Assembly (NCBI GenBank): GCA_964590025.1
Contig: CAZPWD010000001.1
Location: 1-37,326, forward strand
Reading direction: 5' to 3'
DNA length: 37,326 bases
Source of the DNA: an uncultured Nitrospira sp.
Lineage (GTDB): Bacteria; Nitrospirota; Nitrospiria; Nitrospirales; Nitrospiraceae
Translations under genes and position numbers: made by a program
Part shown: piece after piece, positions 8,347 through 17,312 of the stretch
Numbering within the stretch: position 1 is the first letter of the stretch
How the letters are laid out: every line of letters begins with the position of its first letter
Notes under the pieces: model-generated
Seen by the model: the letters and a program-made list of their open reading frames with translations, nothing else
What the model was told of the DNA's origin: nothing
Databases searched by the model: none

Positions 8347-9465
8347 ATGATGCAACCGCGTACATCGATTCGGATTCTCATATGGTTTTTTCTGTCTCTG
8401 GTGGCAACGCCGGCAGTAGCCGTGGAGTTTGCCGTCGTCGGACCGCGCGCCGTCGGAATGGGTGGCGCCGGCGTGGCCGTCACGACAGATTCCTTAGCGA
8501 CCTATTGGAACCCCGCCGGTTTGGCCATGACCCAGACGGTAGATATTCGGGCCCAAGTTTCCGCTCAAGGAGTAGATAGGCGTGGGATTTTACAAACATT
8601 AAAAGACATTGAAGATTTCAACTCAAGCGCTCCCAACGCCGCTGCTCAAGCCCAAGTGCTACGAGATAGGATCAACAATGGGGGTTCACTCTCCGCTGTG
8701 GCGACGGGAGGCCTCTATTTCAAAGGCCATATCGGCGAGCATGCAATCGGCTTCAACATTTCAGACGTTGCAACCTCAGGCAGCGTTGTGTCTCAGAACT
8801 TTTCAGCCCCCAGCAACAGTATTAGAGGACAACTTGCACTTCGAGGTCTTGAAGCTAGGCAAGCGGCTTTTTCTTATGCGTACGCTTTTGCAGACAAGAC
8901 ATTTTCAATCGGCGTGACCGGCAAGGTCATTCAGGGGGCGGCCTATACCGGAACAGCCACAGTGACGGGCGGGCAAGATGTGACCTTATCGGACAACTTC
9001 GGCAAGGCCAAGCTCTCAACCGCCTTCGGCGTCGACGTGGGAGCCATCTATCGGCCCTCGTCGTGGCTGCGTTTCGGGGTCGTCGCGAAAGACCTTAATC
9101 AGCCGGAGTTCGATGCACCGGACGGGACCAAGTTTAAACTCAATCCCCAAGTTCGTGGCGGTATTGCCATCAACCCCTACTCGTCTCTGACGTTGACCGG
9201 TGATGTGGATGCGACCTCAAACAAAACATTGGTTCCCGGCCAAAAAAGCCAGGTGCTGAGCTTGGGCGCAGAACAAACGATTTTGTCTGAGTTTCTCTCG
9301 TTACGGATCGGCGCCTTGAAGAATATGCAGGATGCCGCCTCTCCCTTCACACCGACTGCAGGGTTTGGCCTACGGATCTTTGCGTTTCGCATGGATTTCG
9401 GAGGAGGATATGATTTTCGTGAACGAGGAGTTCTGGCCTCAGGCTCTGTCTCTTTGACGTTCTAA
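8347..9465 (+). CDS. predicted outer-membrane beta-barrel protein (TraF_2/PorV-like N-terminal motif)
   Basis: It has a signal peptide ending AVA-VE and the motif GPRAVGMGGAGVAVTTDSLATYWNPAGLA. The body shows alternating amphipathic strands and the C-terminus ends in aromatic ...SVSLTF, typical of OMP beta-signals. Confidence 0.7.
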   Translation: MMQPRTSIRILIWFFLSLVATPAVAVEFAVVGPRAVGMGGAGVAVTTDSLATYWNPAGLAMTQTVDIRAQVSAQGVDRRGILQTLKDIEDFNSSAPNAAAQAQVLRDRINNGGSLSAVATGGLYFKGHIGEHAIGFNISDVATSGSVVSQNFSAPSNSIRGQLALRGLEARQAAFSYAYAFADKTFSIGVTGKVIQGAAYTGTATVTGGQDVTLSDNFGKAKLSTAFGVDVGAIYRPSSWLRFGVVAKDLNQPEFDAPDGTKFKLNPQVRGGIAINPYSSLTLTGDVDATSNKTLVPGQKSQVLSLGAEQTILSEFLSLRIGALKNMQDAASPFTPTAGFGLRIFAFRMDFGGGYDFRERGVLASGSVSLTF

Positions 9466-9480
9466 TGGTATACTGAACCC

Positions 9481-10089
9481 ATGTTTCTGCTTCATCATCT
9501 ATGTCGTGCCATCGCCCTCTGTCTTCTTCCTCTCCTAGTCGTCGGCTGTGGCGGTTTACAGGAAGTGTGGGAAGGACCGGGGGCGAGAATGTTCCGGCCT
9601 CAAGCCATTGCTGTGCTCCCTCCCATGGCGAGCCAATACGACAACGCGCGCGAGGATATTCAAGAGGTCTTGTCCGGCGCCATGGACAAGACCGCCAGTA
9701 TCGAACGTGTGGTGTCTCCTGAGAATGTGACGGATATCTTCCAGGCTTCGAAAGAAGCGTTCGATGCGCTGGTATTCTACTTCTCACGCCTGGAAATGAC
9801 GGGTCAGTCTGACAAGGACTCCGCTGTGAAGTTGGGCAAAGCGCTGAACGTGGATTCGTTCTTAGTCGTACGGGTAAACTCTTGGGAATACATGCGCAAG
9901 GAAGGCGACAATGTCGGTCGAGTGGGCCTGAGCCTCCGTCTGGTCGATGCCACCACAGGCACCACCGTGTGGAAGGCGCGGCATGAACGGTCGGAGAGCT
10001 ATATGTTCTCCCGGCCGAATTTAAAAGATATCGCGAAAGAGCTGGCTGCTGAGATGATTAAGGCCATGCCTCCCCAAGCCAAACCATAG
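9481..10089 (+). CDS. lipoprotein, DUF799/GNA1162- or LpoB-like alpha/beta lipoprotein (tentative)
   Basis: It has a lipobox (LLVVGC). The pattern IAVLPP...NVDSFLVVRVNSWEY...VGLSLRLVDATTGTTVWKA resembles that family. The gene lies 15 nt downstream of the barrel gene. Confidence 0.7.
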   Translation: MFLLHHLCRAIALCLLPLLVVGCGGLQEVWEGPGARMFRPQAIAVLPPMASQYDNAREDIQEVLSGAMDKTASIERVVSPENVTDIFQASKEAFDALVFYFSRLEMTGQSDKDSAVKLGKALNVDSFLVVRVNSWEYMRKEGDNVGRVGLSLRLVDATTGTTVWKARHERSESYMFSRPNLKDIAKELAAEMIKAMPPQAKP

Positions 10090-10105
10090 CCCCTGCACCG
10101 TCTCT

Positions 10106-10159
10106 TGTTCATTTGGTCTATTCGGTTTGTTTGGTCTGTCTCGTTTACTCGGTTGAGGT
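10106..10159. repeat. direct half-array of the 9-nt periodic units
   Basis: The units are TGTTCATTT GGTCTATTC GGTTTGTTT GGTCTGTCT CGTTTACTC GGTTGAGGT. All are in the GGTYNNTYT orientation. GGTCTGTCT is identical to a unit at 404-412. Confidence 0.7.
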
Positions 10160-10203
10160 CAAGCAATGACCCCACCTCTTCTGCTCAAGGTGAGAGCACC
10201 GCG

Positions 10204-10463
10204 CAGGATGCTCAAAAAGGCTGTCCAGCAAGGCCGCAGCGAGCGAGGAGGCGAGGAGGTACGTACCGCACTTTGTGTGGACCGTTCGCCCATCCAATTG
10301 AATCTTGGCGAACGGAGAAACCCCTCCAGCGCTTCCGACCTCCGATGGACTCCGCCTCAACGTTGAGCTTCTGAGCGATGTGAGAACGCCGCATGGGAAA
10401 AGGCGCGTCTCGGCGCGCCGGGGTCGGGCGGGTGAGAAGAGCGACTTTTTCAGCATCCTGCTA
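10204..10463. mobile_element. MITE-like non-autonomous element with imperfect terminal inverted repeats
   Basis: The left end is CAGGATGCTCAAAAAGGC (10204-10221). The right end, reverse-complemented, is CAGGATGCTGAAAAAGTC (10460-10443), giving 16 of 18 matches. Internal perfect hairpins include CCGTTCGCC...GGCGAACGG and the palindrome CTCAACGTTGAG. No transposase is present. The element fills the gap between the convergent lipoprotein and trpA genes. Confidence 0.6.
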
Positions 10464-11276
10464 GCGTGTTTTTGGCTGAGCCGCTCGCATGGCATTTTTC
10501 AATGAGCGCACAAATTCACCCACACGCTTCACCATTTCTGGTTTCTGTTGGTGTGCGGCAATCAGCTTGACGATAGCGCTGCCGACGATCACCCCATCGG
10601 CAATGGCCGCGACCTTGGCAGCGTCCTCCGGCGTCGCAACCCCGAAGCCGACCGCCACCGGAACGTGGGTGACCTTCCTGATTTTCTCGACGTTCTTACC
10701 CACATCGGCCACGCTGAGCAGTTTTGCGCCGGTGATTCCGGTCAGCGAAACGTAATAGACGAAGCCCTGTGACTGGCGTGCCACATAAGTCCGTCGCTCA
10801 GCCGTGCTCGTGGGGGCAAGAAGATAAATCAGTGGAAGCCCAGCCGTTGCGGCAGGCCCTCTGAGTGGGCCTGCTTCGTCAGGCGGCATGTCAGGCAAAA
10901 TCAGGCCGTCAACACCGGCTTGTGCTGCCTCATGGCAGAACCGTTCAGGACCGAACGCATGAATACTATTGTAGTAGGCCATCAAGATCAGTGGAATTTG
11001 GGTCCTGGCTCTGAGGCGTGTGACCATGGGAAGGATCGTTCGAAGCGATGTCCCGCTACGCAAAGCTCGTTCTGCCGCCTGTTGGATGACAGGCCCATCG
11101 GCGATGGGATCGGAAAACGGAACACCCAGTTCAATAATATCGGCCCCGGCCTGTTCTAACTCCACGACAAGTTGTTCGGTGTCTTGCAGTGAGGGGTCGC
11201 CTGCCATCACATAGGCAATGAGGGCCTTCTCACCTTTCTGCCGAAGCTGTGCAAAGGTGCGGTCTAGCTTCGACAT
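10461..11276 (-). CDS. trpA: tryptophan synthase alpha chain
   Basis: It carries the ELGVPFSDPIADGPVIQ motif. The ATG at 11276 overlaps the trpB stop as TGATG. A GTG at 11279 is an alternative start. Confidence 0.95.
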   Translation of the reverse strand: MSKLDRTFAQLRQKGEKALIAYVMAGDPSLQDTEQLVVELEQAGADIIELGVPFSDPIADGPVIQQAAERALRSGTSLRTILPMVTRLRARTQIPLILMAYYNSIHAFGPERFCHEAAQAGVDGLILPDMPPDEAGPLRGPAATAGLPLIYLLAPTSTAERRTYVARQSQGFVYYVSLTGITGAKLLSVADVGKNVEKIRKVTHVPVAVGFGVATPEDAAKVAAIADGVIVGSAIVKLIAAHQQKPEMVKRVGEFVRSLKNAMRAAQPKTR

Positions 11277-12481
11277 CACAGCGTGATCCCTCGCATCTTG
11301 GCGATCTGCTGGACATCCTTATCTCCACGACCGGATAGATTCACGACCAGAAGCTGATTCTTCTTCATCGTGGGCGCCACCTTCACAGTGTGGGCAATTG
11401 CATGGGCGCTTTCGAGGGCCGGCATGATCCCCTCTTCTCTGGCCAATAGATCGAACGCAGCCATGGCTTCGTCGTCGGTCACTGAGGTGTATTCAACTCG
11501 TCCTTGATCCCGCAAATAACTGTGTTCGGGGCCGATCGCCGCATAGTCCAACCCGGCTGAAACCGAATGGGTCAGATTCACTTGGCCATCATCACCCTGG
11601 AGCAAATAGGTCATGGTTCCTTGCAAGACGCCCGGCTTTCCTCCGGCAAAACGCGCGGCATGTTTTCCGCTCGCGACCCCCAGGCCGCCGGCTTCAACGC
11701 CGATCATTTTTACCTTCTTGTCACGGATGAACGCATGGAAGAGTCCTATGGCATTGCTGCCCCCGCCGACGCAGGCAATCAGGCAATCCGGTAACCGTCC
11801 TTCAGCCGCCAGGATCTGTCGCCGAGTTTCACGTCCGATGATGGATTGGAAGTCACGGATCATCATCGGATAGGGATGGGCTCCGAGGACTGAACCGAGA
11901 ATGTAATGGGTTGTGCGGATATTCGTCGTCCAATCCCGCATGGCTTCGCTGATGGCATCCTTGAGCGTACGGCTTCCGGCGTTGACCCCCGTGACGGTCG
12001 AGCCGAGCAATCTCATCCGGAAGACGTTCAGCGCCTGGCGCTCCATGTCCTCGGTCCCCATATAAACCTCACATTGAAGCCCGAACATCGCCGCAACGGT
12101 CGCCGTCGCCACCCCATGCTGTCCGGCCCCTGTTTCAGCGATAATGCGCGGCTTCTTCATCCGCTGGGCCAGAAGCCCTTGTCCGATCGCGTTATTGATT
12201 TTATGGGCCCCGGTATGACAGAGGTCTTCGCGCTTCAAATAGATCTTCGCTCCACCCAATCGCTTCGTGAGTCGTTGAGCAAAGTAAAGCGAGGTTGGTC
12301 GACCGACGTAGTGCTTTAAATAATAGGCCAGTTCGGACTGGAAGCGCCGGTCTTTTTTCACACGGGAATATTCCTGCTCCAATTCAAGCAGAGCAGGCAT
12401 GAGCGTTTCAGGGACATAGCGTCCGCCATATGCACCGAAGCGACCTTGTTTGTTGGGAACCGAACCCATCACCGTCCTCAT
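11276..12481 (-). CDS. trpB: tryptophan synthase beta chain
   Basis: It carries the PLP-lysine motif HTGAHKINN and GGGSNAIG. An alternative ATG at 12469 has an AGGA SD. Confidence 0.95.
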   Translation of the reverse strand: MRTVMGSVPNKQGRFGAYGGRYVPETLMPALLELEQEYSRVKKDRRFQSELAYYLKHYVGRPTSLYFAQRLTKRLGGAKIYLKREDLCHTGAHKINNAIGQGLLAQRMKKPRIIAETGAGQHGVATATVAAMFGLQCEVYMGTEDMERQALNVFRMRLLGSTVTGVNAGSRTLKDAISEAMRDWTTNIRTTHYILGSVLGAHPYPMMIRDFQSIIGRETRRQILAAEGRLPDCLIACVGGGSNAIGLFHAFIRDKKVKMIGVEAGGLGVASGKHAARFAGGKPGVLQGTMTYLLQGDDGQVNLTHSVSAGLDYAAIGPEHSYLRDQGRVEYTSVTDDEAMAAFDLLAREEGIMPALESAHAIAHTVKVAPTMKKNQLLVVNLSGRGDKDVQQIAKMRGITL

Positions 12482-12493
12482 CTTCGTATGGCC

Positions 12494-12637
12494 GAGCGAG
12501 ACTGGCGGGACTAGCGGGACGGGCGAGACGAAACACGGTTCGAGGTCCGAAGTTCGAGGTTTTCAGAACTTCGAACCCTGAGCTTCGAACTTCGGGTCGC
12601 GCCTTTCTCGCACGTCTCGCGCTTCCCGCGCCATCGC
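12494..12637. repeat. long imperfect palindrome with 9-nt outer and 7-nt inner periodic units, located inside the trp operon
   Basis: The left arm is GAGCGAGAC TGGCGGGAC TAGCGGGAC GGGCGAGAC ... TTCGAGG TCCGAAG TTCGAGG. The centre is TTTTCAG. The right arm is CTTCGAA CCCTGAG CTTCGAA CTTCGGG ... GTCGCGCCT TTCTCGCAC GTCTCGCGC TTCCCGCGC. It occupies almost all of the 169-nt trpF-trpB spacer. Confidence 0.8.
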
Positions 12638-12650
12638 AGTATAGACGGGC

Positions 12651-13292
12651 TCATGTCAGGGAGACAACCCTGACGGCTCGAATGAATGCACGCACTTTCT
12701 CGTGATCCTTCTTGCCCGGTGCCTGCTCGACGCCACTGCTCACATCCACACCATACGGTTGTACCGCCTGGATCGCCTTCTCAACATTGTCAGGGGTGAG
12801 CCCCCCGGCCAGGAGAACGCTCGCAGCCTTGGCTGCTTCTGCGGCGAGTTGCCAATCAATCACCTGTCCAGTGCCTCCATAGGCCTGATCGGAAAAGGAG
12901 TCCAGCACAAACCCTCGAACACCGGCCCGCCCGCGAAACTCCGCCAAGGCGAGAAACGTGCTCCGATCTTTCACCCGAAGCGCTTTCAGGACCGTACGAC
13001 CTAACTCTTTGCAATAGACAGCCGATTCGTTTCCGTGCAACTGCGCGAGTGCGAGTCCACAGTCGTCCATCAGATTCCGAACCACTTGTTGGTCTTCGTC
13101 GACGAACACACCCACCGGTATCACCAAGGGAGGCAGGGTCATAATGATCTGCCGGGCCAGCGTGGGCTCGATATATCGGGGACTTTTCCGATAGAACACG
13201 AATCCTAAGGCATCGGCTCCGGCGTCGACTGCCGTGGCGGCGTCCTCGGCGTTGGTGATGCCACAAATTTTGACTTTGGGTGTGTAGGGCAT
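12651..13292 (-). CDS. trpF: phosphoribosylanthranilate isomerase
   Basis: It starts MPYTPKVKICGIT... The ATG at 13292 lies 1 nt after the trpC stop. The track ORF is over-extended to 13388. Confidence 0.9.
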   Translation of the reverse strand: MPYTPKVKICGITNAEDAATAVDAGADALGFVFYRKSPRYIEPTLARQIIMTLPPLVIPVGVFVDEDQQVVRNLMDDCGLALAQLHGNESAVYCKELGRTVLKALRVKDRSTFLALAEFRGRAGVRGFVLDSFSDQAYGGTGQVIDWQLAAEAAKAASVLLAGGLTPDNVEKAIQAVQPYGVDVSSGVEQAPGKKDHEKVRAFIRAVRVVSLT

Positions 13293-13293
13293 C

Positions 13294-14115
13294 TTAGGCG
13301 TGCAACGGAGCGGGATCTCCCCGTAACTCACGGATCTTCGCTGCCATGTCTTCCGCACGAATGAGTGATTCTCCGATGAGCATGGCATGGATGCCGGCTT
13401 CGATCAACCGCACCACATCGGCGCGCTGGTGAATGCCGCTTTCGCTGACGATCAGCTTGCCGGCTGGAATCCGTTTTGCCAAACGCAGCGTAACGGCCAG
13501 ATCGGTCGTGAAGGTCTTGAGATCTCGGTTGTTGATGCCGATCAGCCGCGCCTCCGGGAGTCGTTCTAATACGATATCGAGTTCGCGCTCATGATGGGTC
13601 TCGATAAGAACATCCAAGCGTAACCCCTTGGCGAGCGCATAGAAGTCAATCATTTGCTGTCGTTCGATCGCCGCGACGATTAAGAGTACGGCATCTGCCC
13701 CGTAGGCGCGCGCTTCGTAAAACTGGATCTCGTCGACCATGAACTCTTTGTTCAAGACCGGCATGGGCACCGATTGTTTGATCTCGCGGAGGTAGTCGAG
13801 GCTCCCCTGGAAGAAATCCTTGTCGGTTAAGACGGACAGAGCCGAGGCGCCATGGGCATGATAGGTCTTGGCAATCTCGATGTAGTTAAACCGATCAGAG
13901 AACTCGGGACGGAGGAGGCCAAGACTGGGTGAGGCCTTTTTGACTTCGGCGATCAGCGAAGGACTGCCGGCCGTTTTTGTGGATTCGAGGATCGTGGTAA
14001 AGCCGAGCGGGCCAGGTGCGTCCTGAATCCTCGCCTTCAGCTCGGAGAGGTAGCCCCGGCTTTGCTTGTGCCGGAGTTCTGCTTTCTTATGCTCAAGAAT
14101 GCGAGAAAGAATCAC
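13294..14115 (-). CDS. trpC: indole-3-glycerol phosphate synthase
   Basis: It carries the IAEVKKASPS motif. The in-frame GTG at 14115 lies 7 nt after the trpD stop and gives (M)ILSRILEHKKAEL. The track ORF is over-extended to 14244, inside trpD. Confidence 0.88.
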   Translation of the reverse strand: MILSRILEHKKAELRHKQSRGYLSELKARIQDAPGPLGFTTILESTKTAGSPSLIAEVKKASPSLGLLRPEFSDRFNYIEIAKTYHAHGASALSVLTDKDFFQGSLDYLREIKQSVPMPVLNKEFMVDEIQFYEARAYGADAVLLIVAAIERQQMIDFYALAKGLRLDVLIETHHERELDIVLERLPEARLIGINNRDLKTFTTDLAVTLRLAKRIPAGKLIVSESGIHQRADVVRLIEAGIHAMLIGESLIRAEDMAAKIRELRGDPAPLHA

Positions 14116-14122
14116 GATGGCG

Positions 14123-15136
14123 TCATCCCTTATTCGTGAATGCAATGAGGCGAGCCAGCTTCTCGGCCGCGGCGCCGGAGTCGATGGCCTGGCCTGCCAA
14201 GAGAAATCCATCTTGAAGGCTTGTCGCCTTGCGCGCTGCGACAAGGGCTGGAGCGGCGTTCAAACAGACAATATCCCGTTTCGGTCCTTTCCGCCCTTGG
14301 AGAATGTCACGAGTAATCGCGGCATTCTCTTGCGGCGTCCCTCCGGCTAGCTGCTTGGCTGGAACCAGCGCCAGTCCGAACTCCGCCGGGTCCAGGACAT
14401 AGTTCGAAAGAATGCCCCCTGTGGCTTCTGAAATCCGCGTTTTTGCGGTAAGGGTGATCTCATCGAGTCCGTCCATCCCATGTACGACAAAGCAATGTTG
14501 GGATCCCAGATGCATAAGCACATTCCCTAGCAGGGAGGTCAATCGCCCCTCATAGACGCCGATCACTTGAATGGCGGCTCCTGCCGGATTGGTCAGCGGG
14601 CCTAAGAGATTCAGCATGGTCCGGATACCCATCTCCTGTCTAGGGCCGGCACAATGTTTCATGGCTCCATGATAAAGCGGGGCGAAGAGAAAGCCGATCC
14701 CGACCTCATCGATACAAGCGGCCACCCGTTCGGTCGACACATCGATTTTGACGCCGAGTGCCGAGAGGACGTCTGCACTCCCTGACTTGGATGACACAGA
14801 ACGGTTGCCGTGCTTTGCCACGGTTAAACCTGCGCCTGCGACGACGAGCGCCGTTGTGGTGGAAATATTGAAAGTGTGGGCTCCGTCCCCGCCCGTGCCA
14901 CAGGTATCCACGACCTGGGGATCACCGACGGAGATGCGGATGGCCTTGGCACGCATGGCTCGCACAGAGCCGGCGATTTCCTCAACGGTTTCTCCCTTTA
15001 GACGGAGCCCCATCAAGTAGGCCGCAATTTGGGCCGGAGTCGCTGCGCCGTCCATGATCTCCAGCATCACCGATTCGGCTTCTTGTTCGGTGAGGGGGGA
15101 GCGGTCGGCGAGTTTGGCAATCGCGTCTTTGATCAT
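14123..15136 (-). CDS. trpD: anthranilate phosphoribosyltransferase
   Basis: It carries the CGTGGDGAHTFNIST motif and is full length at 337 aa. Confidence 0.95.
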   Translation of the reverse strand: MIKDAIAKLADRSPLTEQEAESVMLEIMDGAATPAQIAAYLMGLRLKGETVEEIAGSVRAMRAKAIRISVGDPQVVDTCGTGGDGAHTFNISTTTALVVAGAGLTVAKHGNRSVSSKSGSADVLSALGVKIDVSTERVAACIDEVGIGFLFAPLYHGAMKHCAGPRQEMGIRTMLNLLGPLTNPAGAAIQVIGVYEGRLTSLLGNVLMHLGSQHCFVVHGMDGLDEITLTAKTRISEATGGILSNYVLDPAEFGLALVPAKQLAGGTPQENAAITRDILQGRKGPKRDIVCLNAAPALVAARKATSLQDGFLLAGQAIDSGAAAEKLARLIAFTNKG

Positions 15137-15160
15137 GGATCGGAGACCAGGCGAGCCAGC

Positions 15161-15724
15161 CTACAGTTTAAGGAAGTTACGGAGGAGGTCCTTCCCCGCC
15201 ATGGTGAGGATCGATTCCGGATGAAACTGCACTCCTTCGATGCCTAACGATCGATGGCGCAATCCCATGATTTCCCCCTCGGCAGTTTCGGCGGAGATCT
15301 CAAGACAGGAAGGCAGCGTCTCTCGCTTCACGATCAGAGAATGGTAGCGTGTAGCGTCAAAGGGATTGGGCAGCTGATGGAAGATCGTTTTCCCGTCGTG
15401 CCGGATCTTCGACGTTTTGCCATGCATCAGCCGTTCAGCTCGAACGACATCGCCGCCAAATGCTACGGCCAGAGATTGATGGCCGAGGCAGACGCCCAAA
15501 AGTGGAAGACGCCCGCCAAAATGCCTGATGGTCTCGACAGACACGCCCGCTTCCACCGGTGTGCAGGGTCCCGGAGAAATGACGATGCGGCTGGGCTGCA
15601 GCGATTCGATCTGATCGATCGTAATTTTGTTGTTGCGGAAAACCCGAATGTCTTCACCCAGCTCCCCGAAGTATTGCACCAGGTTATAGGTGAAGGAGTC
15701 ATAGTTGTCGATCATCAATAGCAT
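15161..15724 (-). CDS. trpG: anthranilate synthase component II (glutamine amidotransferase)
   Basis: It starts [18 protein letters not shown], and has GVCLGHQ with the catalytic Cys plus the HPES motif. I trimmed the start to the ATG at 15724. Confidence 0.9.
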   Translation of the reverse strand: MLLMIDNYDSFTYNLVQYFGELGEDIRVFRNNKITIDQIESLQPSRIVISPGPCTPVEAGVSVETIRHFGGRLPLLGVCLGHQSLAVAFGGDVVRAERLMHGKTSKIRHDGKTIFHQLPNPFDATRYHSLIVKRETLPSCLEISAETAEGEIMGLRHRSLGIEGVQFHPESILTMAGKDLLRNFLKL

Positions 15725-15731
15725 AATAAAC

Positions 15732-15815
15732 CGTGAGGTGTGAGGCGTCAGGCGTAAGGGGAAAACTCGGCGAGACTCTGAACGCCTCACCCCTTACCCC
15801 TCACGTCTTACGCGC
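15732..15815. repeat. imperfect palindrome of 7-nt periodic units inside the trp operon
   Basis: The left arm is CGTGAGG TGTGAGG CGTCAGG CGTAAGG. A spacer follows. The right arm is AACGCCT CACCCCT TACCCCT CACGTCT. It fills the trpE-trpG spacer. Confidence 0.8.
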
Positions 15816-17312
15816 TCATTCCAGCCCCTGCTCGGCCAGTTCAATCGCCTTCATCATGGCCTGAGCCTTATTACAGGTCTCTTCATATTCATGTTCCGGA
15901 ATTGAATCGGCGACAATGCCGGCCCCGGCTTGAATGAAGGCCTGGTGCTTTTTCACGACGACCGTCCGGATATTAATGCACATGTCCATGTTGCCGGAAA
16001 AGCTAAAGTAGCCCACCGCGCCGGCATAGGGACCGCGCCTCGTGGGCTCGAGTTCATCGATGATTTGCATCGCTCGAATTTTCGGCGCACCGGAGACCGT
16101 GCCTGCGGGGAAACAGGCACGCAACACGTCGTATGAGGTCTTCGATTCATCCAGTTGTCCTGTGACATTTGACACGATGTGCATCACATGCGAATAGCGC
16201 TCGACGTGCATGAGCGAATCCACAGTGATCGAGCCTGGTTTCGCCACGCGGCCGACATCATTCCGCCCAAGATCGACGAGCATCACATGCTCGGCCCGTT
16301 CCTTTTCATCCGCCAATAGCCGCCGTTCCAGCTGTTGATCTTCTTCAGGCGTGACGCCACGGCGGCGCGTGCCGGCAATGGGACGGACGGAAATAACGCC
16401 GTTTTCGCAACGGACGAGCGTCTCCGGAGAGGAACCAACCAGTTCGACCCCCGCGATACGGAGGTAATACATATAGGGAGAGGGATTCACCACACGCAAC
16501 GCGCGGTAGAGCTGCAAAGGCGACGCCTGGACGTTGGTCTCCCATCGCTGGGATAACACCGCTTGCACGATATCGCCGGCCCGAATGTATTCCTTCGTCC
16601 GCACGACCATCTTTTCAAAGTCTGCCTTGCTCATGTTCGCCGTAAAGGTCACCGGACGGCGGCGGCGATGCGGACGCGCTCGGCGGAGTGGACGTTTGAG
16701 TCTCGTGATCGTGCGTTCGATCCGTTCCGTTGCCGATCGATAGGCGGCCTTGATGCCACGTTCCCCATTTGCCGTAACATGGGCGGTGGCCACGACTTTG
16801 ATCTTCTGAGCGACATTGTCGAAGATCAGCATCGTATCGGTGAGCAGAAAGGCGAAGTCCGGCAGATTAAGTGGGTCCTTTTGCCGGGCAGCCAAGTCCT
16901 CGAACGTGCGCACCATGTCGTAGCTCAGATATCCGACGGCGCCGCCGACGAACGGAGGAAGGTCCGGCACGGTCACCGGACGATAGCCCTCCATCATCTC
17001 CCGCAAACGTTCGAGAGGGTTTCCACGGCTGGGAATGCGCTTCTTGCGTGTGCCTTGCACGAGAAGAAGGTCGCCCCGATCCTCGCACACGACAACGGGA
17101 GATCCACTGCCGAGAAAGGAATAGCGTGCCCATTTCTCACCACCCTCAATGGACTCCAAGAGGTAGGCTGAGGGGCCATGATCGATTTTGGCAAAGGCTG
17201 AGACGGGGGTGTCATAGTCCGCGAGAATCTCTCGATAGAGCGGAACGAGATTGCCCTCTCCGGCATACTGCCGAAATTGGTCGAGACTGAGGGAGTATTG
17301 CGGCGGGGCCAC
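15816..17312 (-). CDS. trpE: anthranilate synthase component I
   Basis: It has the chorismate-binding domain with GAVGYFSFSGNMDMCINIRT. The GTG start at 17312 lies 12 nt downstream of the LysM gene stop. Confidence 0.95.
   Translation of the reverse strand: MAPPQYSLSLDQFRQYAGEGNLVPLYREILADYDTPVSAFAKIDHGPSAYLLESIEGGEKWARYSFLGSGSPVVVCEDRGDLLLVQGTRKKRIPSRGNPLERLREMMEGYRPVTVPDLPPFVGGAVGYLSYDMVRTFEDLAARQKDPLNLPDFAFLLTDTMLIFDNVAQKIKVVATAHVTANGERGIKAAYRSATERIERTITRLKRPLRRARPHRRRRPVTFTANMSKADFEKMVVRTKEYIRAGDIVQAVLSQRWETNVQASPLQLYRALRVVNPSPYMYYLRIAGVELVGSSPETLVRCENGVISVRPIAGTRRRGVTPEEDQQLERRLLADEKERAEHVMLVDLGRNDVGRVAKPGSITVDSLMHVERYSHVMHIVSNVTGQLDESKTSYDVLRACFPAGTVSGAPKIRAMQIIDELEPTRRGPYAGAVGYFSFSGNMDMCINIRTVVVKKHQAFIQAGAGIVADSIPEHEYEETCNKAQAMMKAIELAEQGLE

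Noticed and set aside
12494-15815. A CRISPR array or other spacer-containing array as an explanation for the periodic repeats.
   Set aside because: The units are only 7-9 nt long and contiguous, with no spacers. They are arranged as inverted arms, and no cas genes are present.
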